Below are positions 11,973 to 26,610 of a DNA stretch of 64,000 bases, piece after piece. The translations under genes were made by a program, and so were the position numbers. Numbering within the stretch: position 1 is the first letter of the stretch; each line of letters opens with the position of its first letter. The notes under the pieces are model-generated. The model had not been told where the DNA came from, did not search any database, and saw nothing but the letters and a program-made list of their open reading frames with translations. The stretch lies in assembly GCA_951406725.2 (NCBI GenBank), contig OX597815.1:18662001-18726000 (forward strand), in the 5' to 3' direction. Source of the DNA: Octopus vulgaris. Its lineage: Eukaryota.

Positions 11973-13060
11973 AGGCTTTATGTGAGATGAAGTGATGATG
12001 GCAGAGGCATAAGGTCAATCCAAAGAGTCTTTGAATGTCACATTGTATTAATCAGACAACAGCTGTTAAACAGTAGAGAAAGAAATGAGTACATTCCATG
12101 CATACTCAGAATTGAGAGCAACGTCTTCAAAGTTGGAGGTGAGCTACTGTGCAGTTATTCTGTGAATACACCTGTCTTGGGTAACATGTAACCCAAAGGA
12201 GGCTGGACTGAACTACTCAAAAAGAAACTGGGAGGAGTAGCAGACATCATGCCATCAAAAAGTAATGCATGTGTACATATCTCCTCAGCTGGAGAGCAAC
12301 AACAGCATTGTCAGAAAGAGTAGCATCTCTTGGACGTGCGATAGATACATTTCATCCCACCTAGAAGGATATGCCTTCAATAGCCAGGATAAGGATTTAG
12401 CTACTAAATGCTTGATAAACAAAAGGATCCAAGATACCACCTCACTTCCACGTTGTGATAAATAATGTCGGCTGTTCTATACCATTGCGGAACATATCAC
12501 CCCCATCATCAGCAACTGCCCCAAAATATCTACGTGATAAAAACTCTCTCTGGGGCATTTTATAGTTACAAAGACTATTTACAATGCTATCCGCAGTAAG
12601 GATACACCTGACGTATACATCAAAAGCATGTCAGAACCAACAGGTATTAACACCTTTAAAAACAAAGAATACTGGCGGAACACCTCAATAAAAACATCAA
12701 TTTAATGCAAACATAACAGACCACCTGATCTTGTTCTTTGGGACAGGGAACAGATGTTATGCATTGTTGTAGAGGTCAGCTAGCCAGCGGATGTATATGT
12801 ACAATAAAAATTCAGGAAAAAGAAAATATTTGTGGCGAATTAAAGCGGAACTTTCAACTCTTGTATCTTGACTATGAATTCTCATTTGTACCGATCATCA
12901 TAGAGGCATTAGGTTATGTACCAACAAATGTGCATAAAAACCTAGAAATGTTCAGTTTCACAGAATATAGAGCAAAAGAAACTGATACGGATTTTTGAAA
13001 TCCAATCTATTAGTGAAGGCATGTAAGACATTCCATTTCTGTTCTTGTAAGTAGTTCATA
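11973..13060 (+). pseudogene. R4/Dong-like non-LTR retrotransposon remnant (RT thumb, CCHC-like knuckle, restriction-like endonuclease)
   Basis: Frames give RLYVR*SDDGRGIRSI, EGYAF..QD, C..CRL...EHI..IISNCP, HNRPPDLVLWD...CIVVEVS*PAD...KIQEKEN and VPIIIEALG, with many stops and frameshifts. Confidence 0.8.
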
Positions 13061-14096
13061 TTTAATGTTAAATAAGATGATCAGTGAGTCCGGTATCATT
13101 CGCTTCGGTGGACGTCTAAGTGGAAGTTGTGAGTAAATCACTGATTTAGAAAGAACGAATATACGGAATCTAAATGAATAGTGAAACAGCAAAGCTGGTA
13201 GAATGCTAGACAGAAAGTGATTCAGTGATACACACTATCATGCAAGTGCTTCTGTTCTAACAACTTAATAAGCAGAATTCTAATTCAAATATAAGTTAAA
13301 TGCAACTAATCAGCGGGTGTTTTGCCTGGAGACTTACTAGACAAAACAGCCGAAGGCTTTGCAAATATCCAAGTAAAGAGCACTGTTTTCAATGAACTTT
13401 CCAAGACAAAGAGCTACTGAAGCATGATAGTGAATAGTACATCTCCAGTTATGTGGGTCAGTTGGCATTGTGCTGATGGTCGTTGAACAAAGAATACAGA
13501 GTGGAAACAATACAGAAACATCTTTCGTTTACGACTACTTCAACGCGTTTGAGATACGAATGAAGGAAATAATTTGATAATTAATGTAATTTGGTAATAT
13601 TTGCAAGGGTGAGAATGATTACAATTTCCGGATACTACACACTGTAGCATATATTTAAGATACTAACAACATAAAGAGAAATCCAAAAGTGTCTAAAGTG
13701 GATTGGTGCCAGCTAAATACATTGCTTCGAAAAATGCCTTTATTGTGATAAAATGGATGCCTTGAAACTGGGAACAATTTCACAACTGGTAAGAATAACT
13801 GTGAATTAATGGGGCATGTGGGATTGTGGGGCAAGTTACATCGCTGGAGGTGTTCTCTTGTAATATCTATTAAGCAAATTATATAAATAAACGCATAACT
13901 AAATGAGAAATTTGTAGCGACCTTGCTGGTAATGATACAGGAAGGTTGGTTTCATAGGAAAGAAAACTAATTTGGTGATTCAATGTGATGGAATCATTTG
14001 GTCTTCTGATAGCTGTCTAGCATAAGCTAGTTTGGACAGTAAGCGTCACACAGTTAGTCCCAGTAGGGAGACACTGAGTACATCACATCAGCGAGT

Positions 14097-14398
14097 TTGT
14101 TTGTTTCTTCTCGAGCCATGCCTGACTCATAAAGGCCGGTTTCCCCGGTTTCCTTGGCGTATAAGTTCCCCACCTGGAATGTACGCCGGTCCGTCGCATG
14201 TGAGCTGCAAGATGCAGGAGGAAAGAGTGAGAGAAAGTTGTGGCAAAAGAGTCAACAGAAGTTCGCCATTACCATCTGCCGGAGTCTCATCGAGCTTAGG
14301 TGTTTCGCTCATAAACACACACATCGCCTGGTCTAAGATTCAAACCCGCGATCCCTCGACCGCGAGTCCACTGCTCTAACCTCTAGGCCATGTGCCTC
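14097..14398 (-). mobile_element. tRNA-derived SINE, family D
   Basis: Related to 19217-19508; 13-bp TSD cacatcagcgagt at 14084-14096 and 14399-14411. Confidence 0.9.
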
Positions 14399-14504
14399 CA
14401 CATCAGCGAGTGTGAGCTACGTAGGAATGTTTTGTGTTTTAGTGAGACAACTATAAGGGACACAATTGGGTGGATACTTTTGCATGGTATTTTGGTTTAA
14501 ATAT

Positions 14505-14740
14505 GGCGGCGAGCTGGCAGAAACGTTAGCGCGCCGGACGAAATGCTTAGCGGTATTTCGTCTGCCGTTACGTTGTGAGTTCAAATTCCGCCGAGGTCAA
14601 CTTTGCCTTTCATCCTTTCGGGGTCGATAAATTAAGTACCAGTTACGCACTGGGGTCGATGTAATCGACTTAATACCTATGTCTGTCCTTGTTTGTCCCC
14701 TCTGTGTTTAGCCCCTTGTGGGTAATAAAGAAATAGGTAT
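14505..14740 (+). mobile_element. SINE family A
   Basis: Full copy; TSD ggtattttggtttaaat at 14486-14502 and 14736-14752. Confidence 0.95.
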
Positions 14741-15102
14741 TTTGGTTTAAATGCTCTATTTTGATAAAGGTCTGTTGTACCCGATCCACTGAAGCAGGAA
14801 TGTGAATCGAGGAAATGAATAAATATTGGGTGTAAAAGGGTTAGACATGAAGCATACTGCCGTTACAAATAAGATATAGAATTCACTGGAAATTATTCAA
14901 AAGCTAAACACTGCTCTTATAGTGTTTTAAGTTGATATGTTATATTTAGGCATTATGTTATTCAAAGTAAATATAATCTGCTATAAATATAAAATATTAA
15001 AATTCAAATTGAGAGGTAATAACTTATTTTACTGTTTTTTTTTTTGGTCTATTCATCTCGTTTAATTCTACTTATTCTAATTTTTGTTCTCAGAATTCTT
15101 CA

Positions 15103-15160
15103 CTACTACTGCTGCTTCTGCTGCTGCTGCTACTACTACTACAACTACTACTACTACAAT

Positions 15161-15204
<44 letters not shown>

Positions 15205-15424
15205 TCATCACCACCACCACCACCACAACCTCCACCACTACTACAACTACCATCACCACCACCACCAACAACACCACCAACACTGCCACTACTACTACTA
15301 CCACTATCATCACCACCACCACCACAACCACCACCATTACTACTACTACCATCACCACCACCACCATAACCACCACCATCATCCCCACCACCACCACCAC
15401 CATTATCACCACCACCACTACCAT

Positions 15425-15459
<35 letters not shown>

Positions 15460-15460
15460 A
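15103..15460. repeat. (ACT)n/(ACC)n compound microsatellite (possible Thr-rich exon, see findings)
   Basis: Direct reading. Confidence 0.9.
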
Positions 15461-15989
15461 TTCGTCTTCTTCGTCTTCTACGTATTCTTTTCCGCCTTCT
15501 CTCTCTCTCTCTTCTTTTATTGTCATTGTCTGCTGGCTTTGTTGAAAGAGATTGCATGGAAGAAAACATTGAATGGACAGAAAGCAGACAGTTTCCTTTA
15601 CAGCGAAGCCACTTATCAATTTCATTAAGTTGCATTGGAGAGGTACGCCAAGGTGGAGAATGACGTGTTTCCCCTCATAAATTTCGCTGAATTGTGGATG
15701 AAAATTACGAGTAAGATCCGACTGAGCCGAAATGCTACAACCATACGTCTGGTAACTGGAGGATACGGGTAGAAAAAGCGTTTGCCCTTGATGGCGTAGT
15801 TCTGAATCCGTGGGTTTTCCACGATGGGCCTTGCGCAATAATATCGATTTATATATTTTATATATATTGTTGATTTCCGGTCTGAGTTTTCTTTCACGAG
15901 CAATCCTGCGCAAATCCCCACCGTTTTTATGATTTATTTATGGAATATAACCTTCATCCTTCTCCTCCGAGGCAAATAAATGAAACTGA

Positions 15990-17084
<1,095 letters not shown>

Positions 17085-19216
17085 ATATCTTCCTCCTAAC
17101 TGCTCCACCATCTCAGTTTCTACTACTAGTCTTCCTCCTTCTATTTAAATTTGATTATTATATTTTGTTCGTGTCGATGTTTTGTTTTTGCTCTTGTCCA
17201 TGTTAAAATGTTGCAGTTTCCTCTCTTTCGATCTCTTTTCAAAGCTATCCTATCCTCCCTCTGTTCACCTTCTAGATTAATATTTTGCGCTGCGAACATT
17301 GATTTTACTAAATGGTGAAATTCTGATTATGCTTTGATTTAAGTATCGGAAAAATTTTTGCTTCAATATTTAAAAATTTTTCTCCAGACATAATCTTCAT
17401 ATTCCAGAAAAATCTCAAAAAATGTGCAGTCTATCATTCTTAGTTTGGATACTTGATATATTTTTATCAACTCTTTTCTACTATTTATGTATAAATTCTA
17501 ATTAGTTTTTCTTTGCTATTGATTTTGGAAGCCCTCCATTATTCCAGCAAATCAATTTTCTGTTATCCTTGGCATATTTAGGTTACATATATTTCCTTAT
17601 TCCATAGCCACTCCTCATATATCAATATGGATACTATTTTCTATCTTTTTCTTATTTCTATGGCAGATACATTAAACATAATAACGACTACCAGTTTACA
17701 TCCCTGATATTTAATACCAACTGGTAATATTTATTCTTTGGATAAAACTCCCTCTATTGTTGCATTCTCACCACTTCGTCATTCATGTTACCACACCTAC
17801 TGATTATTTGTCTATATTTTACAGCTAATTCTAAGCATTCTATTAAGCAGAGACATTCCACTGGAGTTTTACGTTCAACTTTGCTTTTCTATACGTCACT
17901 TCATCAACTCTCGCTTTCCCTATAAATCATTTTCAAACCAGTGCAGCGCTGCTTTGATCATTCAGACGGGACGTTTGCTGTATTAGTTTCCGTAAATGAT
18001 AATGAATACAGCTATCATGAGTAAAAGTACTTTTTTTTCCAACAAAGGCTACAAATTAATATGTATGTAGTATTAACTTTTCATGTGAATCCTCATAGAA
18101 TATGTGTATTGTTGGGTAGAATGCAGACCAATAAAATGAATACGAAGTCCTACAAGTCGATTACAGATTGAAACACCGGCACAAATAAAATGAAATAAAA
18201 TAAAATAAAATAAAATACATTTTTCAAAACGGTTTCGGTGTATTTTGTGAACTAAAAATATTCATGCAACTATTTTTATCAAAGAAAATGTTCTTTGTTC
18301 TCATAAAGCATTGTAGATCTCAAGTTGTGGATAAGAAAATAATTACTGTTATTATTTGGTACTATAAAAATCTTTGGATGGGAATCAAAGAGCGTGTAAA
18401 CACTTTCAGTATACAACCGCAACTGTAACATACTGTACCGGCTTCGTTCGATTCCGAACCATAGTCAGTTCTGTCATTCAAATAACTTCATAGTGAAAGA
18501 AATGCATGATAATCCTACTCCCTTATTGATTTTCATCCAATTGATATCGAATGTTTTCTCATCTCCAGGATATAGTCACCAGCAAGTGTCTAAATAAAAC
18601 TCTAGTAAACCATCTATTATTTGCTGCGGATTAAAACTCCAAGAACGGAAGACTAATGTACATTTGTCATCCTAAAAACTCGAAGAATCTAATATGTGAA
18701 TGGGTGATGGACTGATATTTTGTATGACATTCTATTGCACCAATGAAAATTTCCTTTGTGCTGTATGATGTTTATAAGCGGCGATATGTGAAAAGTTGAT
18801 GCTTTCTTAACTTTGGAGACTGATAACTATGGAGACTGATAGCTTCTGTCGATGATTCTTCATAAACCAAACAGCCGACAACTGCATGGTAGAGGTGGAA
18901 GATGTGCTATGGTATGAGGATAAAAACATGTACATACGTGGATGGAATTCCAACAGTTTCTAAGTTGATTATTCTCTTTTAAGATTGACTGAATGTCTTG
19001 CTCATTAAATTATCATGAGTACTTGAGTATTCCACAGAAACGCGTACCAATCACTCGACATCCACGTGAAAAAGTGTGCAATAGACAATACTGCACAGTT
19101 TAATCAAGTGCAACAGACTTCCACAAAGTTTATATATACTTAATTTCAGTCACAATTTATGAGTTGAACCGAGGCTATAACAAATGGTATTTGCTTAGAG
19201 CACTACACCACCTTGT

Positions 19217-19508
19217 GGAGGGGCAATGGCTCGGTGTTTAGAGCAGCGGACTCGCGGTCGGAGGATCGCGGTTTCGATTCCCAGACCGGGCTGTGTGTGT
19301 TTATTGAGCGAAAACACCTAAAAGCTCCACGAAGCTCCGGCAGGGGATGGTGGCGACCCCTGCTGTATTCTTTCTTCCTGTTTCTTGAATAACGTTGCGG
19401 TGGACTGGCGTCCCGTCCAGCTTGGGGGAAACACATACGCCACAGAAACCGGGAAACCGGACCTATGAGCCTGGCTAGGCTTGAAAAGGGCGCATAAATA
19501 TATAAAAA
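19217..19508 (+). mobile_element. SINE family D inserted in an old SINE-B remnant
   Basis: tRNA head (TGGCTCGGTGTTTAGAGC...GGTTTCGATTCCC), V-domain-like GCGGTGGACTGGCGTCCCGTCCAG, and TSD actacaccac at 19202-19211 and 19509-19518. Confidence 0.9.
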
Positions 19509-19669
19509 ACTACACCACGTAATTGAGTCTAGATCTTGAGATCGTCAAGCGAACTTTTAATTCATTCGGCCATGCTGCTGATACATACATACATAAATAC
19601 ATACATACATACATACATACATACATACATACATACATACATACATACATACACACACACATGATGGCT

Positions 19670-20035
19670 GCCCCTCGTTATCGAGTATGGCCATTGCACG
19701 AAGCTTAACTGTTACTGGTGCTGTGATCGAATGTGACTTTTTAGCCCAGCTAAAGATCTACAATATCTTGTGCGGAATTGGCAGCTAAAACCTTTACCGG
19801 TAATAGCCGGCTGTAGTTGTAACTGGGCTTCATGTATCTTTGCATGTCGTTTAAGTCCTCCTGCCGAATTACACTGTCTTCCACATGCCCGACAGATATG
19901 ATTAGTATGGTGTGTAACACCACCACCAGTGGCCAGGTTGTCACTCATCTGTTTCGCTTTATGATTACGAAGATGACTCTTGAGTCCAGTTTTACTGAGG
20001 CAGGGTCTTGCACAGACACTGCATGTCAGTATCAT
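19670..20035 (-). mobile_element. RTE-type LINE 3' end encoding three tandem C2H2 zinc fingers
   Basis: CSVCARPCLSKTGLKSHLRNH, CRACGRQCNSAGGLKRHAKIH and the degenerate CQFRTRYCRSLAGLKSHIRSQH, followed by a stop and a short 3' UTR with a ctcg-ataa-cgag hairpin running into a microsatellite. Confidence 0.7.
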
Positions 20036-21017
20036 AGGAATACATACACACATAGAAAGAAATATATATGAATAGAGAAAGAGAAAGAGAGAGAGGAGGG
20101 AGAGTGGGAGGTAGAGTGAGGGTTAGCAGCTATTATATATGACGGCTTGGTTCTATCAAATTTCGTGTCTATGATAGTTAATGTTATATCTTTGCCGTAA
20201 ACCAATCTGTTTGGTAAATTGAAAGAAAGAGATCATTGAGTACATATGCATCTCAGCCGAATGATGATCATTATGGCTCTGAACAATTCTATTGAAGCCA
20301 TATTATAGAACTATTTCTATATAATCATAAATGTGAATGTTTTTGTTCTTTAAATCCATGCCAAATAGAATAGAGAAAACTCATAGTCAAAAGGTCATAG
20401 ATTTCTGTCTATCTACTTATTAGAACTCCATCTTTTTGATAATATATTGGAATATATTATCTAATGAGTCTGTTCATTGGTTAACGTATTAGTGTTTGAA
20501 TCAATGATTATTTGACTGTCATCGGTGAGTGCATCATAAGAATTTATACTTCACGGATTTTATATATTGTATTAAAGTACCTACTATATCGTAAGAAATA
20601 TTGATACAGACTCATTTGTTTTTGTTTTTTAATTTAAGATCGTCTGAAGGTGACGTCAACTGTTGGTTGATACGAGACAAATGAAATATGCTTGTGTGAA
20701 AAAGGAACGATGGCGGGAGGAGATGCATGAGCTTAAATTTGGATGTTAAAGTTGAAAGCACATCGGATAATTTAGAATGAGGTTTATACGTAGTTACAGT
20801 TCTTTAGGAGTTTCTTTTTTGTTTTATTTGACTGGGGGTGGTGTGGTTGAAATCAATTTAACCGATAAAAGTGCTTGAACGGTTCTTATTTTATATACCA
20901 TAAAATAATGATCTGTGTAACTTATGAAATCATATCTGATCGAAATCGATTTTGCTTTTCAACTTTCTTAAATCGATAAAATAAGTAGGAATTAGGTATT
21001 GAGGTTGAATTAATCGA

Positions 21018-21775
21018 CAGGCATAGCTGTGTGGTTAAAAAATCCGCTTTGCAACCGCGTGGTTTCGAGTTCAGTCCTACTATGAGGTATCTAGGGCAAG
21101 TGTCTTCTACTATTGCCTTGACTCGACCAATGCTTTGTGAGTGAATGCACTGAGGGTAACTGTGAAAATACCTCATATATATATATGTATGTGTGTGTAT
21201 GAGGGCGCGTGGCTTAGTGGTTAGGGCATTCGGCTCATGATCGTAAGGTTGTGAGTTCAATTCCCGGCGACGCGTTGTGTCCTTGAGCAAGACACTTTAT
21301 TTCACGTTGCTCCAGTCCACTCAGCTGGCAAAAATGAGTTGTACTTGTATTTCAAAGGGTCAGCCTTGTCACTCTCTGTGTCACGCTGATTATCCCCGAG
21401 AACTACGTTAAGGGTACACGTGTCTGTGGAATGCTCAGCCATTTGCACGTTAATTTCACGAGCAGGCTGTTCCGTTGATCGTATCAGCTGGGACCCTCGT
21501 CGTCGTAACCGGCGGAGTCTTTTTTTTTTTTTTAGATATGTATGTGTGGGTGGGTGAATGTGGCTTTTGTGCTTGTGTTTGTTCCCCCCTCTGCCGCCTG
21601 ACCACCCGAGTTAGTTTATTTATGTCTCCGTAACCTATTGGCTCGGCTAAAATGATCGATAGAGTAATAGGCTTAAAAAATAAGTGCTCGGGTCGATTTG
21701 CTCGACTAAATTCTTCAAGGCGATTCTTAAGCAAGACCGTAGACTAGTGATTGAAACAGGTAAAAAATTAAAAGG
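21018..21775 (+). mobile_element. Old SINE family B copy interrupted by SINE family C
   Basis: Head at 21018-21190 and tail at 21540-21775 flank a younger insertion. Confidence 0.75.
21201..21519 (+). mobile_element. tRNA-derived SINE, family C (CORE-like motif)
   Basis: GTGGCTTAGTGG A box, GAGTTCAATTCC B box, GTGTCCTTGAGCAAGACACTT, and a T-run end. Confidence 0.85.
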
Positions 21776-24700
21776 TAAATGATAGACGATAACGCCTGCA
21801 CCAAATGTATACATTTATCCATTTGTTTCTCTTCCTAAGAAGCTTTTCACAGCTTATACTCAAAACGCTGAAAAGTATTTTTTCAGAAAATGCCAGACAT
21901 TTCAAACTGAAGCAACGTAAAATAAAGAGCATACACCTCACAAATTATAATTACATACTTTGCATGCGATTGAGTTAATAACTCATGAGAAGATCCTCCA
22001 GTTCTCCATTCCACTAGCTACTTACCTTCTACAACTGCTATAATAGAACTATATTATTCTGTGCACCAAATGTAGTTTATTACGATAAAAAGTAAAATAA
22101 ATACACAGCACTCAAAATAACAGTGTATTTTGCTTTGCATTATATCTGAAACTATTGTGCAAGATTATTTTCTGTGTGGAGAGGACGATTAATAAGATGG
22201 TTCTAAATTATTTCCATGGTGATCTCTTCTTTGTATTTCCCACCAATTCGAAAATTACGTTAATAATGATGATACTAATGATAACAATATGGTAAAAATA
22301 CCACTGCTACTACTAATAATAATAATATTAACTACAATGACAACAACAACAGCAACAGCAGTAATAACAACAACAGCAACAACAACAATAGCAATAATAA
22401 TTTGAGGAGAATCTGAAGGTTGTGAAGAAGAGAAGTAAAGAGAATAACTGTATGATTTAAATTATTCTGACAACATAGAAAACACTGAACTCATTTCAAA
22501 TAAAACAAATGAAAACGGTAAAACAGAAAGAAAAAAGAAAAACCACAGTAAAACAGAAAGAAACATGGAAAACTTGAAATGAGCGAACGTGGATGTTATA
22601 TAGCAAATGTAAAATTTAATGGATTAAAAAGAGGAAAACAAATATTTTCACGAAAGTAACTGATGTGATAAAGAAAACGAAGAAATTGGATAAACAAAAA
22701 TTATAAGATTTGAACAACTGAAAAATCGATTAAAGCAGACCAACAGATCGATAAAAACTTGGTTCTGAGTGCCTGAAGCGAATTTCATTAAGGAAGAATT
22801 CATTAACATAAATATTATTAGAATAATTTTACTACGAGAGATATAGAGTTCCTCCCATTCCCATGGTCAGTGTAGCGTGGGCATTGCTATTAATATTATA
22901 GTAATCACACACAACAAACAACAACATTGCTATGGATATAAAATTTCGCTTATTCACACCTCAGCTTTAGAATTATTATCATCATCATTCCATCCTTTTT
23001 GCCACTACTATTCCACTACCGCCAACACCAACACCAGCACCTACACCACTACCATCAGCAGTAATATTTTAATCCTCAGTCTCACCATCACCTTAACTAT
23101 CCAATCCACTTCTTTGAAAACACGTAATACAATTGCATGCACTAAATTCCGATATTTACGTCTTTAAAGATAGTCAGATTAAAGGAGGTACAGTGCCCAT
23201 GAATCGGTAGACGCACCTTCACTGCTGAATTTAAACTGCTAAATATTCAGGTTCGATATTATGACGTTGGTGTCTTCAAAATCCTGCGTCTGGGAAGACA
23301 AGCGTAGGTGGTAGTAGTTTTAATAATCGTTTGGGAAACCAAGTTAAGCCAGAAGGTTCTTTTGCTCTGGTTAAAACCAGGCAAGGAAAATTATAAAGCT
23401 GAATCAAGTGTGAGAGTCAACGCTTTAGGTCTTCTTTTATATAGCAATGTTTAGCCCACAGATGTGCTCTCTCTTCACTCTACTAAAACTCTCGTTTTTC
23501 AAAGCTGGTCGAATCCTTGCCATATCCACACACGTCTTTTTTCTCGTCATCTAAAATTCATGCAAAATATTTCAAGTTCTTCATTCACAGAATGCCTTTT
23601 TTATTGAGCAGAGAAATGGAGCAAACCTTCCTAGCTTATGTTTTCCTCTGAAGCCATCATGATTCGGTTAGGCTAGGACAGTTGTCTTTCAATGTGGTCT
23701 CGGAGGGTCTGTGGAACTCGTTGTCTGAATCTCATCTTGTACAATACTACATTAAAACATTTACCTACATTTATTTAACAAGGTAGGAAAAGCCTTTCTG
23801 GTCAGACTCGTCAAATCTCAATAATTTTACAACGCATTCACTCGATTATTTTACCACTTATCATCTTGAAGTTGACAAATGAATTATTAACATTGAGTGT
23901 AAGTAAATTCTTTCAACAACAAGATAAAATCCATAGATAAACGTGCGTGGACATGTGCAAACATTTGGTATATCATTACAGTTAGAAGTTTTCTGAAGCA
24001 GTAAATATCTGAATATAAAATTTACAATTTCCTTTAATAGTTATCGTGCTCTTTATGTTATTTTACTATAAAACATTTTTTAAATTGTAATAATATTATC
24101 TATATTTTTAAAGTGTTGATATAATTTTTTAAACTTTACGCAATGACATTTCGGTTTCAATGACATTTTGGTAATACCGCAACCCAGAATAAAAGGTCGT
24201 TAGTGCCCTATATGCATGTACAGACACAGACACACACAAAAACATACACATTTATATATATATAGGATGAATTAAAATCTTCAAATAAAAATTATATATA
24301 GGGATAGTCTGCACAATGAACTGCTTTTTGTTCGTAATTTAGACATTGAAAGAACAACGCAGATGACATTTTTGTAGCGCCTGGAAGACTAGCGAGAGAA
24401 AGCAGGCAAAAATGCAGGCACCACTAGTTCGTTTCTGTTATAGTATGATTCTGTATCAAAATACCGACTATCTCAAACTGAGGAATTTATGTGAATATAT
24501 GGATTAAATGTACTCGGGCGATTTAAATGTACTTAAGTGCTTTAAATGTACTTAAGAACAATAGACAAATCTGTCAGAGAAATATTGTCAGTCCGGTGCT
24601 TTCACACACCTTCCATCTATTTACAAGGATTGTGTCAAGTCGAGGTTATGATAGAGGACTCTTACTCAATGTTGTGCGGTAGGATGAAATCTGTATCAAA

Positions 24701-24779
24701 GCCTAGTTTGAAAGTTGCAATCATACCTATTTTAAGGACGTGAGTTGAAACCAACAATGATAATGTGATCCACCATGAG

Positions 24780-25110
24780 GAACAACACGAAGGACCAAGT
24801 TGTGTGATACTGACTTTTAAAGAAGAGAGTATACTGGGATTATGTTCTTTTGAGATGTGCAGTGATTAGAGTTTTGCGGTCGAAAGAAACAAATTTGGTA
24901 TGATCCATTCAGAGGTTATTTTGTAGATACCTTGTTCATTGATTCCGCGTAGATTTGTTATGAGGAACCTAAATAGCTTGGGTGTGGACGTTTAAGGCTG
25001 ACTGAAGTGTGGTACCAACTGTGTAAGAGTGGATATTGTTGTATGTGATCCCAAGTATCACCATGATATGTATTAGGAAGAGTTTGGAGGACAGAACCTA
25101 ACTCTGCTAA
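24780..25110 (-). pseudogene. Heavily decayed LINE RT fragment
   Basis: The minus strand reads ..ILGITYNN.., resembling the K(Y/I)LGVTFD motif; the rest is degenerate. Confidence 0.3.
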
Positions 25111-26415
25111 TCGGTTGTTGATCAGAGAGCGCTATGTTAGCTCAGGTCAGTAGAGTTCCTTTTTCAAAGGACAGGAAACTACTAATGCAAGAGTTAACTG
25201 ACGAACGGATTTCATTGGCGGATGTTTTTATCAAGAGGTTTACTTTCTAGACAATCGTTGAAATATTTGCTTATATCGAGAGCTATGATACTCTTCACTA
25301 AGTTTGTCTACGATGAGAGTCTACCAAGAGCGATATAACAGTAGATCTGTTATGAAAATAGGTTTAAAAGCTGCAAGCATTGTGAGTAAGAAGAGTGAGG
25401 AAAGTCTAAATGTGGACGAAGATCATTGCTAACTTTGACATCCGTTTCCTCTGAGATACATGAAGTGAGTACGACAGCTCAATAATTGTTAGTGTCAGAA
25501 GTGTCCTGCAGGTTAGAAAAAATCGCTAAGTATCCCTGTTTAGAGAGAGGACAATATTAAAGTGTTTGCAGAGTATAAGAGGTAATTACAGGGTGCACTG
25601 TTTGAGGGTTATACAAGGCCTTGCTATTTTAAATAGACCAAATGTAATTTTTATTTAGCGTGTCTATTCAACACTATCTGTCTAAGACAGTTGGTATTCT
25701 TGTTTCATATATATTCGTCCGTTCCTAGTCTGCTTATCCCTCAGGACCTGATATCACTAACTGCTATGTATTGCGTGTTTACTGAGTAACTAAGTTTCGT
25801 TTACCTGTGACTGACAGAATGATAAGTAAATAAAATATTTCCAAGGATGTATATTATATTCTCCCTTGGGAAGGTACGCAGCGATCCCAGTGCGTCTTCA
25901 AAGCTTTAAGAGCACCGCAGATTTTGTTTGTCACTGGACGTCGCGCAATAGACTCTGCGACTCACATTTAATTTCATTGCAGACATTTTGGTATTAAAAC
26001 AACGATATCTCTGCTTTTGATGGCTGTGCTCAAGAGCTAAGGATAAACATGTCAGTAACCGGTGTTACCGTCAATGCTTTGGCTAATTCCGTCTGACAGT
26101 ATATATAGTTTTACCATAAAAATTTATGGCTGATTTAGCGAAATGCTTAAGCATACGCTAAAAATTAATATAAAAAGTTCGAGCAGTCACTGCTGACAAT
26201 GCCTACTGAATAGGCGAATTAGGCCTAATCTGGTGATTCTAGAGACGGTCATGGGGCAGTTATCTCTCCTGACAGTGTATATATTTTGCGCTCTTCTTAC
26301 AAGATTAAGAGTTTCTTTTAAACTCTTATTTCTAGCAATGTAGGTGTTTCGGCGTCCTAACTCACACTTAGTGACGATTACATTTTTCCTTCATGATATT
26401 TCATTGTGCTGAGCA

Positions 26416-26610
26416 GGCAGCGAGCTGGCAGAATCGTTAGCGCGCCGGGCGAAATGCTTAGCGGTATTTCGTCTGCCGCTGCGTTCTTTCGGGGTCGATA
26501 AACTAAGTACCAGTTACGCACTGGGGTCGATGTAATCGACTTAATCCGTTTGTCTGTCCTTGTTTGTCCCCTCTATGTTTAGCCCCTTGTTGGCAGTAAA
26601 GAAATAGGTG
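26416..26610 (+). mobile_element. SINE family A with the B-box region deleted
   Basis: gcgttct joins directly to ttcggggtcgat; imperfect TSD tttcattgtgc(t/c)gagc. Confidence 0.9.
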
